A stretch of 64,000 nt of DNA from Octopus vulgaris (taxonomy: Eukaryota). The translations under genes and the position numbers were made by a program. The stretch spans positions 22,134,001-22,198,000 of the forward strand of contig OX597819.1 of NCBI GenBank assembly GCA_951406725.2, written 5' to 3'. How positions within the stretch are numbered: position 1 is the first letter of the stretch; the number at the start of each line of letters is the position of its first letter. The notes under the pieces were generated by a model, which did not search any database, was not told the DNA's origin, and saw only the letters and a list, made by a program, of their open reading frames with translations. Positions 27,038-40,152 of this stretch are shown in pieces.

Positions 27038-29637
27038 AAACAAAAAGTTCAGCTCCAACCCCAAAAAGTTCTACCAAGAACTGGGCAAAAATAAAATAGA
27101 AGTCACTGCAGCACCAACGGCAGAAGAATTGGAAGAATTCTGGAGAGAGATATGGTCGGCGAACGAACCACCAAAAAAAGGAGTATCAAAATTACAAACT
27201 CGGCATCTGAACAACTTTGGACCCCCATAACAACTGAAGAGGTCACCCAGGCACTGCAAAGACTAAGCAACTGGAAGGCACCTGGGCATGACAAGATCCC
27301 CAACTTCTGGTTGAAATATCTAACAGGAATGCACAAAAAGCTGGCTGAAAACTTTAACAACGTACTAGCAGAGCCAGAGACAATGCCTGAATGGCTCACG
27401 AAGGGGAAAACCATCTTAATTCCCAAATCAAATGAAACAGAAAAACCAGAAAACTACAGACCAATAACCTGCCTCCCTACTATGTTCAAGGCATTTACTG
27501 CAGTGATATCACAAAGGCTGAACAAGCACCTGGACGAAAACAAACTGTTCCCAGAAGAGCAGAAAGGATGCCGCAAAGGCTCATATGGCTGTAAAGATCA
27601 ACTAATGATTAATAAAGCCATAACTGAAGACAGCCACAGAAAGAAGAAAGGCCTCAGTATGGCCTGGATTGACTACAAAAAGGCGTTTGATAGCATCCCC
27701 CACACATGGATCCTCGAAACACTAGCCATTAACAAAGTAGCACCAACAATCATAAAATTCATAGAGCACTCTATGAATAAATGGCAAACAGTCCTACACC
27801 TCCAAACAAAAGAGGGACTCATGAAAACCAAAGACATCCCCATTAGAAGAGGAATATTCCAGGGAGACACGCTCTCTCCACTCCTTTTCTGCTTGGCACT
27901 GTCACCTCTATCTGATATGCTAAATAGAACTGGATGCGGATATAAATGTTACGGCAAAACGATCAGCCACCTTTTATATATGGATGACCTAAAACTATAC
28001 GCTGCAAATGACAAACAGCTGGAAACACTATTAAAGACAGTTCATGGATTTACCAAAGAAATAGATATGAAATTTGGATTAGAAAAATGCGCCAAAGTAA
28101 CCATGAAAAGAGGAAAACTAGTTAAGAGTAACAACATCACACTAGATAAAACCAATGAAATAAAAGAATTAGACCAAAGCCAAACTTACAAATACTTAGG
28201 AATCCATGAACTAGATAAGACACAACACACACAAATGAAAGAGAAAATAAAAAAAGAATATTATAGACGAGTTAGATCAATACTAAACACAGAGCTCAAT
28301 GCTAAAAACAAGATAATAGGTATCAACACTTTAGCTGTCCCAGTTATAAGTTACAGCTACAATATCCTTAACTGGACACGAAATGAACTGACCAAAATAG
28401 ATAGGAAAACAAGAAAAATAATGACAGGATCTAGGATGCATCACCCAAAATCTGACATAGAAAGACTATATATACAACGTATGGAAGGTGGTAGAGGCCT
28501 TATACAACTGGAAAACTACTATAAAATAACCACCATAGGACTGCAAAAATATCTACTTCAGAAGGAAGGAAAACTGATCCAGATAGCGGCAAAACACGAG
28601 CAAAACAAAAAACTGTTCTCAGTATTTAAGGAAGCTGACAAATACAAACAAGAAATCATACCACCTAATAAACATGAAGAAGAAGAAGATGAAGAAACAA
28701 CAAAAGCCATAAAACAAATGAAATCCAAACTAAAAACAGAACAGCAACGAACCATGATAAAACGATGGCAAGAAAAGCCCCTTCATGGTAAATACTGCAC
28801 TAAACTAAACGCAAAAGAAATAGACAAAGAAAAATCCCAGCAATGGTTGAGAAGCTCAGGACTCAAAGCAGAAACAGAGGGATTTTTAATTGCAGCACAA
28901 GACCAAAGCCTCCCCACCAGAAATTACCAAAAACATGTAATGAAAAGAAATATTACAAGTAACTGCAGAATATGTGGAGATGGACAAGAAACAATAAATC
29001 ATATTATCTCTAGCTGCCCAGTCCTGGCTAAGAAGGAATATATTCACAGACATGACAGAGTTGGAACCTACATACATTGGAAGCTATGCCAACATTATGG
29101 AATAACAACAGAAAAAAGATGGTATAGGCACACACCAGAAAAGGTCACAGAAAACGAGAAAGCAACCATACTCTGGGATATGCCGATACACACAGATAGA
29201 GAAATTAAGGCCAACAGACCAGATATAGTTGTCAGAGATCATGAAGAAAAAAAATGCTTTTTAATTGATGTATCAATACCGGCAGATGACAACGTGTCTC
29301 TAAAAGAAATGGAGAAACTCTCAAAATACAAAGACCTGGAAATAGAGGTAACTAGAATGTGGAATCTGAAAACAGAAACAATTCCTATCATAGTAGGTGC
29401 ATTAGGCATGATAAAAAAATATTCAGACAAATACATAACAAAAACACCAGGACTTACAAACACATATAACATACAGAAAATTGCACTACTAGGCACTGCC
29501 CACATCCTACGCAGAACACTTTCCATACAATAACCATCAGAGCATCACAACAAATCACAGCACATACCCAAGGCACACAGAGCTGCGCTCGGTAGTGAAG
29601 TGAAAGCACGCTATAAAAATAAAAATAAAACTACTGA
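27038..29637 (+). mobile_element. R4/Dong-type non-LTR retrotransposon, 5'-truncated, inserted in (TAA)n
   Basis: Flanked by (TAC)n(TAA)n at 26929-27037 and (TAA)n at 29638-29770; contains the RT-REL ORF and a short 3' UTR. Confidence 0.85.
27152..29533 (+). CDS. Reverse transcriptase + CCHC zinc knuckle + restriction-like endonuclease (R4/Dong clade)
   Basis: Motifs KAPGHD, YRPITCL, DYKKAFDS, GIFQGDTLSPLLF, YMDD, CRICGDGQETINHIISSC, RHD, RPDIV...IDVSIP...EKLSKY. Uninterrupted, but the N-terminus is truncated and frameshifted. Confidence 0.9.
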   Translation: MVGERTTKKRSIKITNSASEQLWTPITTEEVTQALQRLSNWKAPGHDKIPNFWLKYLTGMHKKLAENFNNVLAEPETMPEWLTKGKTILIPKSNETEKPENYRPITCLPTMFKAFTAVISQRLNKHLDENKLFPEEQKGCRKGSYGCKDQLMINKAITEDSHRKKKGLSMAWIDYKKAFDSIPHTWILETLAINKVAPTIIKFIEHSMNKWQTVLHLQTKEGLMKTKDIPIRRGIFQGDTLSPLLFCLALSPLSDMLNRTGCGYKCYGKTISHLLYMDDLKLYAANDKQLETLLKTVHGFTKEIDMKFGLEKCAKVTMKRGKLVKSNNITLDKTNEIKELDQSQTYKYLGIHELDKTQHTQMKEKIKKEYYRRVRSILNTELNAKNKIIGINTLAVPVISYSYNILNWTRNELTKIDRKTRKIMTGSRMHHPKSDIERLYIQRMEGGRGLIQLENYYKITTIGLQKYLLQKEGKLIQIAAKHEQNKKLFSVFKEADKYKQEIIPPNKHEEEEDEETTKAIKQMKSKLKTEQQRTMIKRWQEKPLHGKYCTKLNAKEIDKEKSQQWLRSSGLKAETEGFLIAAQDQSLPTRNYQKHVMKRNITSNCRICGDGQETINHIISSCPVLAKKEYIHRHDRVGTYIHWKLCQHYGITTEKRWYRHTPEKVTENEKATILWDMPIHTDREIKANRPDIVVRDHEEKKCFLIDVSIPADDNVSLKEMEKLSKYKDLEIEVTRMWNLKTETIPIIVGALGMIKKYSDKYITKTPGLTNTYNIQKIALLGTAHILRRTLSIQ

Positions 29638-29655
29638 ATAATAATAATAATAATA

Positions 29656-29703
<48 letters not shown>

Positions 29704-30289
29704 GTAATAATAATAATAATAATGATAATAATAATAGTAATAATAATAATGATAATAATAATAATAATAACAACATGGATGTTCCCTGGGAGCCTCTCTC
29801 CAAAAAAACGAATTTAATCCAACAACATCGTTGCAATGGAAGAAAGGTTCCACAAAATATCTTTTCCAAACTTTCTTTTAAGGCAAAGTAACTAAAAAGT
29901 CCGAACTATTATTGCCATATATAGTATGGTTTTCTTTCTTTTATGCATAATAATTCCATGTGACATGCATAAGAAATAGAAGCGAACATCAGAGCTCTTG
30001 AAAGACAGTAAGTACATAAATTGATTAATTAATTAATTAATTAAATAAGTATACATGCAACTGTTTATGCATACACGTAGACATTTTAATTGTAAAGTAT
30101 ACATGCAACTGTTTGTGCATACATGTACACATTTTAACTATAAAGCATAAATAATGCTTACACGCGCTCACACGTACACACAGAAAGAAAAACCACGTTA
30201 CGCGGACGAAAACAAAACAAAAACAAAGCGATTTTTCACGAACAAACGCAAAAAAGAGCAAATTGGTCACTGAATTTAGAAAGTCACTG

Positions 30290-33200
30290 AACAGTTATGC
30301 CCGGAAACATGACTACCAAAATAAATAGAGGCGAATTTCGATCTGTAAGTCTTATGCGAGTTCGATATGAACAATATATTAATTCGGAGAATTCAGAAGC
30401 GGTGTCTTGTCAAAAAATTGACCCTGTACAAACACTCCCTTCTTCTAACGACACCGTCACAGAGGCGGCGTCTTGTCAAAAAGTTGACTCTGAAAAAATG
30501 GACCCCTCTGATGTCGCCGTCAATCATTTAATGAAAACAAGCCAAAAATCATGCCGGATCGGTCATCGCCCGGGACAACAAGGACCGCGTTACCCAGTAG
30601 GGAACCAGACTGGGGTCGAAAAGTTTGCTGCTGGAACAAACTCTCAAAAAGACGATCTACCAGGTGACCAGAACCAGAATACTTCTAACTCTGGACTTGT
30701 AGTGACACCACCAAAAACACCACCTAAAGCAAAACGTATAAAATGGACCAGAGAGGACTATAGAGATGTGTTGAAAGCTTTTTATACAGCCCAACTAAAC
30801 CCAAATAATAACCTCAGTTTACAAACATACATCTCATGGAGAAATTCAGTAGGCAATGACGTACGTAGATATATAGACGCAAATAAATTAAGTAATGTAC
30901 GCAGAGATATAATTAAAAACAAAAGACTAACTGACGCTGAAATTGACAAAATTAGGACACTGATAGCTCATGGTAGACCAAAAGAAAACAGCAACAATGT
31001 AGACGAAATAGGTAACAGTAGCACAGAAGCCAGTGTACAAGCGGAAAATCAACTTCCCAATGGGGAAGTTAAACAAAGAATAGCGAAGACGAGAGATTTG
31101 AAAACAGAGGAGAACGTAGACCTTCCTCAAGAAAACCAAAATAGATATGACATAGAATTTGAGGTGAATAATAGAGAAAAGATTATGGAAGCAAAAGTGG
31201 ACATTATGAGAGAACTCGGCAAGATTGAGCTCACTGACATGGTTAATAGAGAACCACTACCAAAGTTTTCAAATGGCACAAGAAATAACAACACAATCAT
31301 GACATATAACGTTGCCCTAGGACAGATCTTAAGAAATACGGGGAATGATTTGACAACCTTAAATAATCTCATTTATTCCACTGCTAAAGTAGTAACTACC
31401 CAACTAGGTATTAAGATGACAAAGAAAAAGGCCAGGCATGTCAATGAACCTCCTAAGTGGAAAGTAGCGATACAAAAAGAGATTGAATCTCTGCGGGCGG
31501 ATGTTTCAGTTCTCGATGAGCTTGCTAGAGGAGTGAATATTAAGCCGAGAAAAGCTAGAAAAATCAAGCAAAAATATAAAATCAAAGATCTCATAAACCT
31601 CCCTGCAACTAAGGAACTGTTGAAACAACGGATACAGTTGAAAGCTCAACGGCTTAGAAGGTATGACAAAAGAAACAAATTTTATCGACAAAATAAATTT
31701 TTTAAGACAGATGCAAAGAAATTTTATAGGGAAATTGGCAAAAATAAAATACACATAGAAGATCCACCTAAGATTGAGGAAGTGGAGGAGTTCTGGAAGA
31801 AGGTATGGAGCAACGAAAAAGAGTTTAATGCTGAGGCTGACTGGATAGAACGTGAGAAAGAGAGACTGGGTGAACTTGAAGAACAGAAATGGGAAGCAAT
31901 AGGAATAGAGGAGCTAAGGTGTGTCCTTAGGAAGGCTCATAAATGGAAAACCCCAGGACTGGATCGGATCCCTAACTTCTGGCTGAATTGTTTGACAGAG
32001 GTACACGAACATCTCGCTGCATCTCTGTCTGATGTCATTCAGAACCCAGAGCAAATACCTGCTTGGCTGACTGAAGGAACCACCTACCTATTACCTAAAA
32101 CCGAAGACACAAAAAACCCAAAGAATTACCGGCCAATAACATGTCTCAACACCACCTACAAAATCCTCACATCCATAATAACGGAGAGAATGTACGCTTT
32201 CCTTGAACAAAATTCTATCCTTCCACAAGCTCAAAAAGGTTGTAAAAGAAACTCTTATGGGTGCAAAGACCAATTGCTCATAAACAGAATGATTGTAGAG
32301 AATTGCCGGAGCAAAAACAAAAACCTGAGTATGGCATGGATAGACTACAGGAAAGCGTATGACAGTGTCCCACATAAATGGATACTCAAGGCCCTTGAGA
32401 TATACAAGATCTCTCCTGTCGTCTCAAAATTCTTAGAGAATAGCATGACCATGTGGAACACACGTCTCTTTTTAAGCCATAGTAATGGGATGAGCCAGTC
32501 CAACAGCATCAACATCAAACGAGGCATCTTTCAAGGTGACTCCCTCTCTCCATTACTTTTTTGCATGGCACTGATCCCACTCTCAAACGAATTGGATAGT
32601 ACTAGATATGGGTACAAAGTTTTTAGTAAATTAATAAACCATCTTTTCTATATGGACGACCTAAAGCTGTTTGCCAGGAATGACCAAGAGCTAGAAGGGC
32701 TGCTAACAACTGTTAAAGAGTTTAGCAATGATATCGGAATGGATTTTGGCCTTGATAAGTGTGCTAAAGCAACTTTTGTAAGAGGCAAGCTCAGGCAAAC
32801 AGCTTCTGTTAAATTAGATATTTACACTACCATCAAGGAACTTGACCCACAGGAAAGTTACAAATACCTAGGAATCAACGAAGGAAATGGTATACATCAT
32901 GCTACTATGAAGGAAAAGATAAGAAAGGAATACTATAGGAGAATAAGGCTTGTACTGAAGACTGAGCTCAACTCCAAAAATTGCATTGAGGCCATTAACA
33001 CCCTGGCACTTCCAGTAGTCCAGTACAGTTTTAATATCATTAACTGGAACCTTACGGAACTCCAACGCTTAGACAGGAAGACAAGAAAGTTACTGACATC
33101 CAGGAGCATGCACCACCCTAAGGCAGATGTAGACCGCTTGTACCTACCTAGAAGCAGCGGGGGAGAGGAATGATGCAATTAGAGCTGTGCTATAAGACCT

Positions 33201-34375
33201 CTACTGTAGGAATGAACAGGTACCTATCTAGTACAAAGGACTGGATGCTGCGACTTGTGCGCGAACACGAAAGCAACAAAAAGCTACATTCTATTGTCAA
33301 GGAAGCTTATAAGTTCGAAAGGGAACTAGACATTAACCTTGAATCAGATGAAGAGCCGGAAACCACTGCTACCAAGCAAGCAAAGCGAATCAAGCAGACT
33401 GCAAAAAAGAACGGGCAGAATCAAATTGAGAGGCGGTGGAGCCAGAAGCCCCTGCATGGACAATATATTCTCCGAAGCCAAAATGCTGATGTAGACCAAG
33501 CAACAACCCATCAGTGGCTGAAGAGCTCTGGATTGAAAGCAGAGACTGAAGGTTTCATAATGGCAGCACAAGATCAAAGCTTGTTTACCAGAAATTACCA
33601 GGCTAACGTTCTCCGAAACGGTACTGACCCTAAATGCAGATTCTGAGACACATTTGACGAAACGATAGACCATCTCGTTTCGGGATGTCCTGTGCTGACA
33701 CCAAACGAATACAAAAATCGCCACGATAGGGTAGGACAGTATATACATTGGAAGATATGTAAACACTACAAATCCGACACTCCTGCTAACTGGTACGAAC
33801 ACCATCCTCAGCCAGTTGTTGAAGGTAAAGATGTCACCATCCTCTGGGATTTTCCAGTCAACACTGACAGAACGATCAAGGCTAATCGACCAGACATAAT
33901 TGTTAAGGACAGGGAAGAAAATACCTGCAGACTAATAGAAGTAAGCGTCCCCACTGATAAAAATGTATCTGTCAAGGAATTTGACAAACTTAGTAAATAT
34001 AAGGACCTGGAAATCGAAATACAGAGGATGTGGAATCTTAAAACAAAAACTGTTCCTGTTATTGTAGGTGCCCTAGGTATGATAAAAAAGGGATGTCAGA
34101 AACACCTAGACAATATCCCTGGAAAACCATGTCTCAAGGAAATCCAAAAGATTGTGCTAACAAGTACTGCCCACATCCTTAGAAAAACCCTATCAATGTA
34201 AATGTCTGTGTTTGCATTACATGGAGATATATCTCTACTTCCCCTCCCCAAGCTTTCAGCTGTATTTCAACAACTCTTAACCTTCACTTGCCCTAGGGCG
34301 CTGGGTGTGCCCCGGCAGGTGATTGCATCAAACATGCAGATTAAAAGTAAATGACAATGATAATAATAATAATAA
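30290..34375 (+). mobile_element. Near full-length R4/Dong-type retrotransposon (second family), disrupted
   Basis: ORFs 30297-33173, 33170-33646 and 33692-34201 form one RT-REL polyprotein with a frameshift near 33165 and a TGA at 33644-33646 in the zinc knuckle; the 3' end runs into (TAA)n. Confidence 0.9.
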
Positions 34376-35539
34376 ATGCTCTGATGCAATACAAGACAGT
34401 GGCTTTCATGGCTTCTAATCTTAACTGATTTGAAGTGAAATCATGTATTTTGATTTGTCTTGGTATAAAAGATGGTCTACAGCAAGTATTCCGCTCAATA
34501 ACAAAGACTTGCTTGTCGGTTGTTTGACCTTACCCAGTCGAGCATATCCCTTAGTGGCTGACAATATTATGTGCATCTCTGATCAGAAGCGGAGGTAGTG
34601 GGGGTGCAGCGTAGCCATATGTTGAGAGGAATTCTTTGGGGCTTAGGTAATTCACCGCTGGAAACATGGGTGTTTCGTTTAACATCCTTAAAGAACCCTT
34701 ATTCAAGGACCTTTTAAGCGGGATGGGCTACTCGACCTGAAGAAAATTCTGAGTCACACAGCAAAATCATGCACTGTTAATCTTGACATGTCTTGATATG
34801 AGATCACCATGTCGCGCACTTGTGGTTGTGATGCATGTCTCTTGCGTGCCCTTATCAGACGAGTTGTCATGATGGGTATACTGGGCTTCGTATATTTAAC
34901 CCCACTCTCAGTTTGATGGCATGCACTGCTCTGTCACTCAATAATAATGGGGTTTTGTCAAGCTTACCTGACCCATTCCTCTACGTCTCCCTCTTCTTAC
35001 AATGGGTTCTCAGTGCTGCTGAAATCCTTCACACGACGACTCGGTCATTTAACAACTCCTTCCAAAAATGTGTAAGCCCTTTCTAGAACTTTCTATGTTT
35101 GCTAAATCTTTCAGATCTGTATAGATTTATATATCCAAAGTACGATGTAATTTGCCATAAATAAAATCGTAAACGTAAATACGATGGGGTGATTATAGAT
35201 AGAATACCTTAGCTTCTTAAATCTGTGAAATGTTGTCTATAAACTTTGATAACTTAGCTATGGTAGTCTCAACTTGCCGACGCTACTCTCAAACATTACC
35301 TCCCACCCACCCTTAATCGACCGCCAGCTTTATCAACTACCAGTCCAATCAAACAGCTTGGATTAGTAGACACATGCTCGGACCTCTATTTAACGTCGCA
35401 GAAGCAGTAGCTAAACCAACAGTCGTAAATCTGCCATCATTTATTGTCTAAAGAAATCACGTGTGACAATACTAAGACTTCCCGTCCTTATAGTAATAAT
35501 ATAATTATAGCAATAATTGTGGAACTATAATAGTGAACT

Positions 35540-36950
35540 AGGAAGTAATAAGATAAGGATTATAGTAGTAATAGTGAAATTGTAATAGAGAACAAGAATT
35601 AACCAGAATGATTAACAAGTGGCGTTGTGAAACCGTCGAGTCGTCGGCGACTAAACCGACAACCCCACTATGCTTGCTTGCTTGGTGAGGAGGGTGGATT
35701 TCAACTTCCTGCAGGATTAAAAACATATCCTGGAAAAGGGCAGAGGAAGAGTCAATGGCCATTCGGAAAACGGGTAGATAGAACTCGTGATCCCTTGTTG
35801 GCAGTCTATCTAGGAGAAGGAGCCTGATTTTAAACTGGCTTATATAGGAGTCCTTAGTCACAGGAGTGACAACCTGTCAGTGTCCAATGATTCCATGCCT
35901 AGAATGAAGGTGAATGACCCACCAATCGGGACTTAATCTCCGGTGCAATATTTAGATGAAGATACGGGACCAACTGACGCTCACCTATCTCCTAATGAAA
36001 ATCATGATCATGGTGTCCCAACAGAAATGTGAAGGGAACATGTTCAACTTATGGGTAGTAAGAGTCCTGCAGTCTTGGTTGACTCTTTTGCTAAACCGAC
36101 AGGAGAAGTATGAGAAAAGACGAATTGGGTGCCTTTTAGAAGGTATAAGAAACGAATACACAGTGAATGGAAGGCAATGGAACTGTTCGAAATTACGAAA
36201 GAATGGATGGTTTACAGAATTGGAGCTAGAAACTATTTAAAGAAGGATATCGGGTGAGGTTGAGCATGCGAGAAATGAAAGTGGTAAAGTGGAAGAGTTG
36301 AAAAGTTGTTCGCAAGAATATAATACCGAGAACTGTGAAAGAATTGAGATCGGTGGCTATTCAAATAATGAAGGTCGATTAATAATAAACAGTATTTTGG
36401 ATCTATTAAATACGGAAGCGGGAGAATTTATTGGCGATTTTAAGAAGGCTAACTAATGGAGACTAAAATAAGAGACGAATAAAGTCAATATTGTACTGAG
36501 ACACATCGAAACAAAGAACATCACACAAACAAATAATCTTATCAAGGCTGCTAGTAGGATGGGATTGAGAACGACTGAGAATAGAACAGCGACGGTGATG
36601 GAATCAAACATTCAATGATGAAGGAGAGGATCAGAAGAGAATGTTAAGAGAGAGCTGAATGCAGAAACAAGATCGAAGCGATCAATACTTTAGCCGCCTT
36701 ACCGGTCGTGACTTACAGTTTCAATGTCATTAACTGGTCAATTATTGAAATATGTAATCTTGACAAAAAAAAAATATGGAAATCTTTAACAATGAATAGA
36801 ATGCACCGCCCTAAGGCAGATATAGAACGACTTTACTTGCTAAAGCCGTGAACTTTTACACTGGAATTAACAATGAAGTTTGCTACAATTGGCCTAAACA
36901 CCTACCTGTAAAATTCTGATGACTGAATGTTAAAACTTGTCTTAAATTTG
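35540..36950 (+). pseudogene. Highly degenerate, internally deleted R4/Dong-like element
   Basis: Remnants LRKNGWFTELELE, ELNA.NKIEAINTLA.P, MHRPKADIERLYL. Confidence 0.6.
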
Positions 36951-37333
36951 TCCTGTAGTCATATGATTATTTACAATGACGCAGTTCGGAACCGTATGGA
37001 TGAGCTTATCAGTCGCCATATTACATTTTCTATGTACAAATTGGGTGAACTTACAACGTGCTGTGAAGAAAGACTTCACACAACATTAATATAAATATTT
37101 GACGGAATATTTAAAAGATACGGCAAGGTTGGTTGAAATTGACGTAAACAATATATTTAAAATAATTTGCTATGTTGATCAATAGATATTTTGCACATAC
37201 AAACGTATATTTGTAGACATATATGTGTACCTGTGTTTTCTGAATTTAATCTTTTAAATCCTTCTTCTGGTGTGAATAATGTATGCATGCATGTACTGTA
37301 CATACATATATATATACATAGATATATATGTAC

Positions 37334-37397
<64 letters not shown>

Positions 37398-37562
37398 GTG
37401 TTTATGAATTGTCAATTCGTGGCAATGGAAACCATACACCGGCAACTGTTTTGCTATCAAAGTAGGAAAAGACTGATTGGCTGAATAAAGGAAAAGATTT
37501 GGTGCTCAAGCAATTTTCAAAATTTAATTATTCAGTATCTTGATATATAATTGGTAACTTAC

Positions 37563-37647
37563 CATGATCTGTATCTGGTTTGCATGCTGCCATAACCATT
37601 GTTATCGCAGTCATAAGCAGCACGAAAACAAGAAGTAGTCGTGTCAT
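37563..37647 (-). CDS. Gene A signal-peptide exon (exon 37563-37653, ATG at 37647)
   Basis: tactttcag|atcaatATG...CAT G|gtaagt. Encodes MTRLLLVFVLLMTAITMVMA-ACKPDTDH with n/h/c signal regions; the phase 1 donor matches the phase 1 acceptor at 23776. Confidence 0.8.
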
Positions 37648-37860
37648 ATTGATCTGAAAGTACAAAGGTATTTTGACGGGATCGAAATAGAAACTGTTTT
37701 CAATTTCAAGGAAAAAGCGAAACAACGAAAGTAGATATGTGTGTGCATTTTATAAGTATACATGCATGTGCTTGAGTGTGCATATGTTTGTATGTATTTA
37801 AGTGTGTATATAAGTTTATCTGCACAAACACACACACAAACACACACACACACACGCACC

Positions 37861-37917
<57 letters not shown>

Positions 37918-38094
37918 GTATTTATGTATGTATGTATGTACATATATATATAGGTTATGGGAGGTCATGGTATCAAGAAGACCCAAAGGGGTCAGGTAAT
38001 GCTGAGTAAGTGCTATGGACAGACATTAGTTAATCTTCAGGTTCGGTGATTATGCGAATGAGAAGTCCAACGTAGGTCATATATTAGCATGCAT

Positions 38095-38650
38095 ATATAT
38101 AATATAATTAACATAATGAGATAAAAATCCGAGGCTGTGAATGATTTCAGAACATTTATGAAGAGAAGGTCTTACAGCTGTTTCCGGAATATTTCGTAAA
38201 TCCCTTCATAGAGTTTGTAAATCGTGATATTGGACCGAGGGTTTTTTGAAGTGACTTAAAAGTTGGGAATGTGTTTGTAAGATCAAATCAAAAACAGGAA
38301 GAGAGAAAAAAACCGGCTTACAAAATCTATGCCTGGAATGACCAATTTAAAATACTATTGGAACTTACACACAAGGTACAGGAAACTTATATTTATACCA
38401 TTCTGCTCAAATAATGGAACTGCATATACAATATCCCTGCATATCCCACGTCTGTTTTCATTCCTCCACTTCACTAACTATTTCATATTTTCTCTAGAAT
38501 AACTATTGCTTAACCATATTCTCGCAACGTCTCCGATGAAGGGATTTACGAAATATCCCGGAAACAGCTGTAAGACCTTCTCTTTATAAATGTTCTGAAA
38601 TCATTCACATCCTTGGATCTTTATCTCATTCTGATAATTTATATATATAC
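38095..38650. mobile_element. Element with ~110-bp inverted repeats carrying a hammerhead variant
   Basis: 38105-38209 is inverted to 38536-38640. At 38529-38576: gtct-CCGATGA-a-gggat..atccc-g-GAAA-CAGCTG-TA-agac. Confidence 0.6.
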
Positions 38651-38821
38651 AGTCGATTTAATGTTTGATTTGTTTTGTGATTTTTAGATTAATAATTATA
38701 ATATATTTAATTAATTTCTATGTGAGTATTATCGATAATATCGTTTCAGTATTGATAGAATAACTAAATAGCGGTTTGTCTCTAAATTCTATATATATCT
38801 ATATCTATATGTATCTCTCTG

Positions 38822-38874
<53 letters not shown>

Positions 38875-39091
38875 AGAGTTTACGAAAAAAACAACAAAAG
38901 ACGAAGACAGGTGGTGTACAAAACAAACAGATGTATTAGTATAACGCACAGGAATAGAAAAAGTCTTTTACGTTTCGAGCCTACGCTTTTCTACAGAAAG
39001 GGACACAGAAAAAAGGAGAGAAACAAGGAGAGAAAAAAATGTGTGTAGTGGCTAATGATCTATCATATATACATAGATATACATACACACG

Positions 39092-39140
<49 letters not shown>

Positions 39141-39141
39141 G

Positions 39142-39174
<33 letters not shown>

Positions 39175-39329
39175 TCATATATATATATATATTTATATAT
39201 GTATATGTATATGTATGTGTTTATATGAGTGAGTATATATGTATGCATGTGTATATATGAGTATATATATGTATATATATGTATACACACAAACACACAT
39301 ATATATTTATATGACGCAATACCCAAGTT

Positions 39330-39700
39330 TTATGCATGCTACGCAGGTATGCGAGAGATACCTCAAACACTTTCATCAGGTACAAACCACTTATCATAAG
39401 GAACTAAAAATTATATTGAGAGCAGAAGTGCGAAAAGCTGAGAAGGATGTGTATGGAAAACGTGGAAGGTTAATACCACAGATAAGGAGACTTATATTGC
39501 ATTACGTGAATGCGTATTTAAAAATCGCAATACCTATCACATAGCTCCCTTCCGACATAAAGACGAAAGCAAAGCTTCGTTGAAATCTAATTCAACAACA
39601 CATGTAATTAAGTGGAAAATAATTGAAAAATCTACACTACATATTAATGGAACAATTAAATGTATGTTATGTTTAGCAGAAATACACTAGGTCCTTTTTA
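39330..39700 (+). mobile_element. Penelope-like fragment (GIY-YIG C-terminus)
   Basis: IKWKIIEKSTLHINGTIKCMLCLAE; 39350-39470 has an inverted homolog at 42450-42575. Confidence 0.5.
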
Positions 39701-39752
39701 GATCTACTACTACAGAGCTCTACGTCTGGAATTTTCAGCTGTTGTAAACGTA

Positions 39753-39989
39753 TTCTTTTATTCTTTTACTTGTCTCAGTCATTTCACTGTGGCCATGCTG
39801 GAGCACCTCCTCTTTTTTTTTTTTTAGAAGAAATCGACCTCAGGACTTATTCTTTGTAAGTCTAGTGCTTATTCTATCGGTGTATTTTGTCGTTTTGAAG
39901 AACCGCTAGTTGATGGCGACGTACACGCACGAAAATGGTGAGGGAGGACTAACACGGACACACACGCAAGTACACACACACACACACAC

Positions 39990-40022
<33 letters not shown>

Positions 40023-40152
40023 CGATGGGGTTCCTTCACTTTCCGTTTATCAAATCCACTCGGTCGGCCCAAGGGTATAGTAGAACATACTTGCCCAACG
40101 TGTCATCCAGCGCAGCTGAACACGGAAACACGTAGTTGGTAAGCAAGCTACT
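39753..40152 (-). mobile_element. Diverged SINE family A copy, split by the 40153-42273 insertion (remainder at 42274-42305)
   Basis: SINE A sequence stops at gtaagcaagctact and resumes at 42274. Confidence 0.7.
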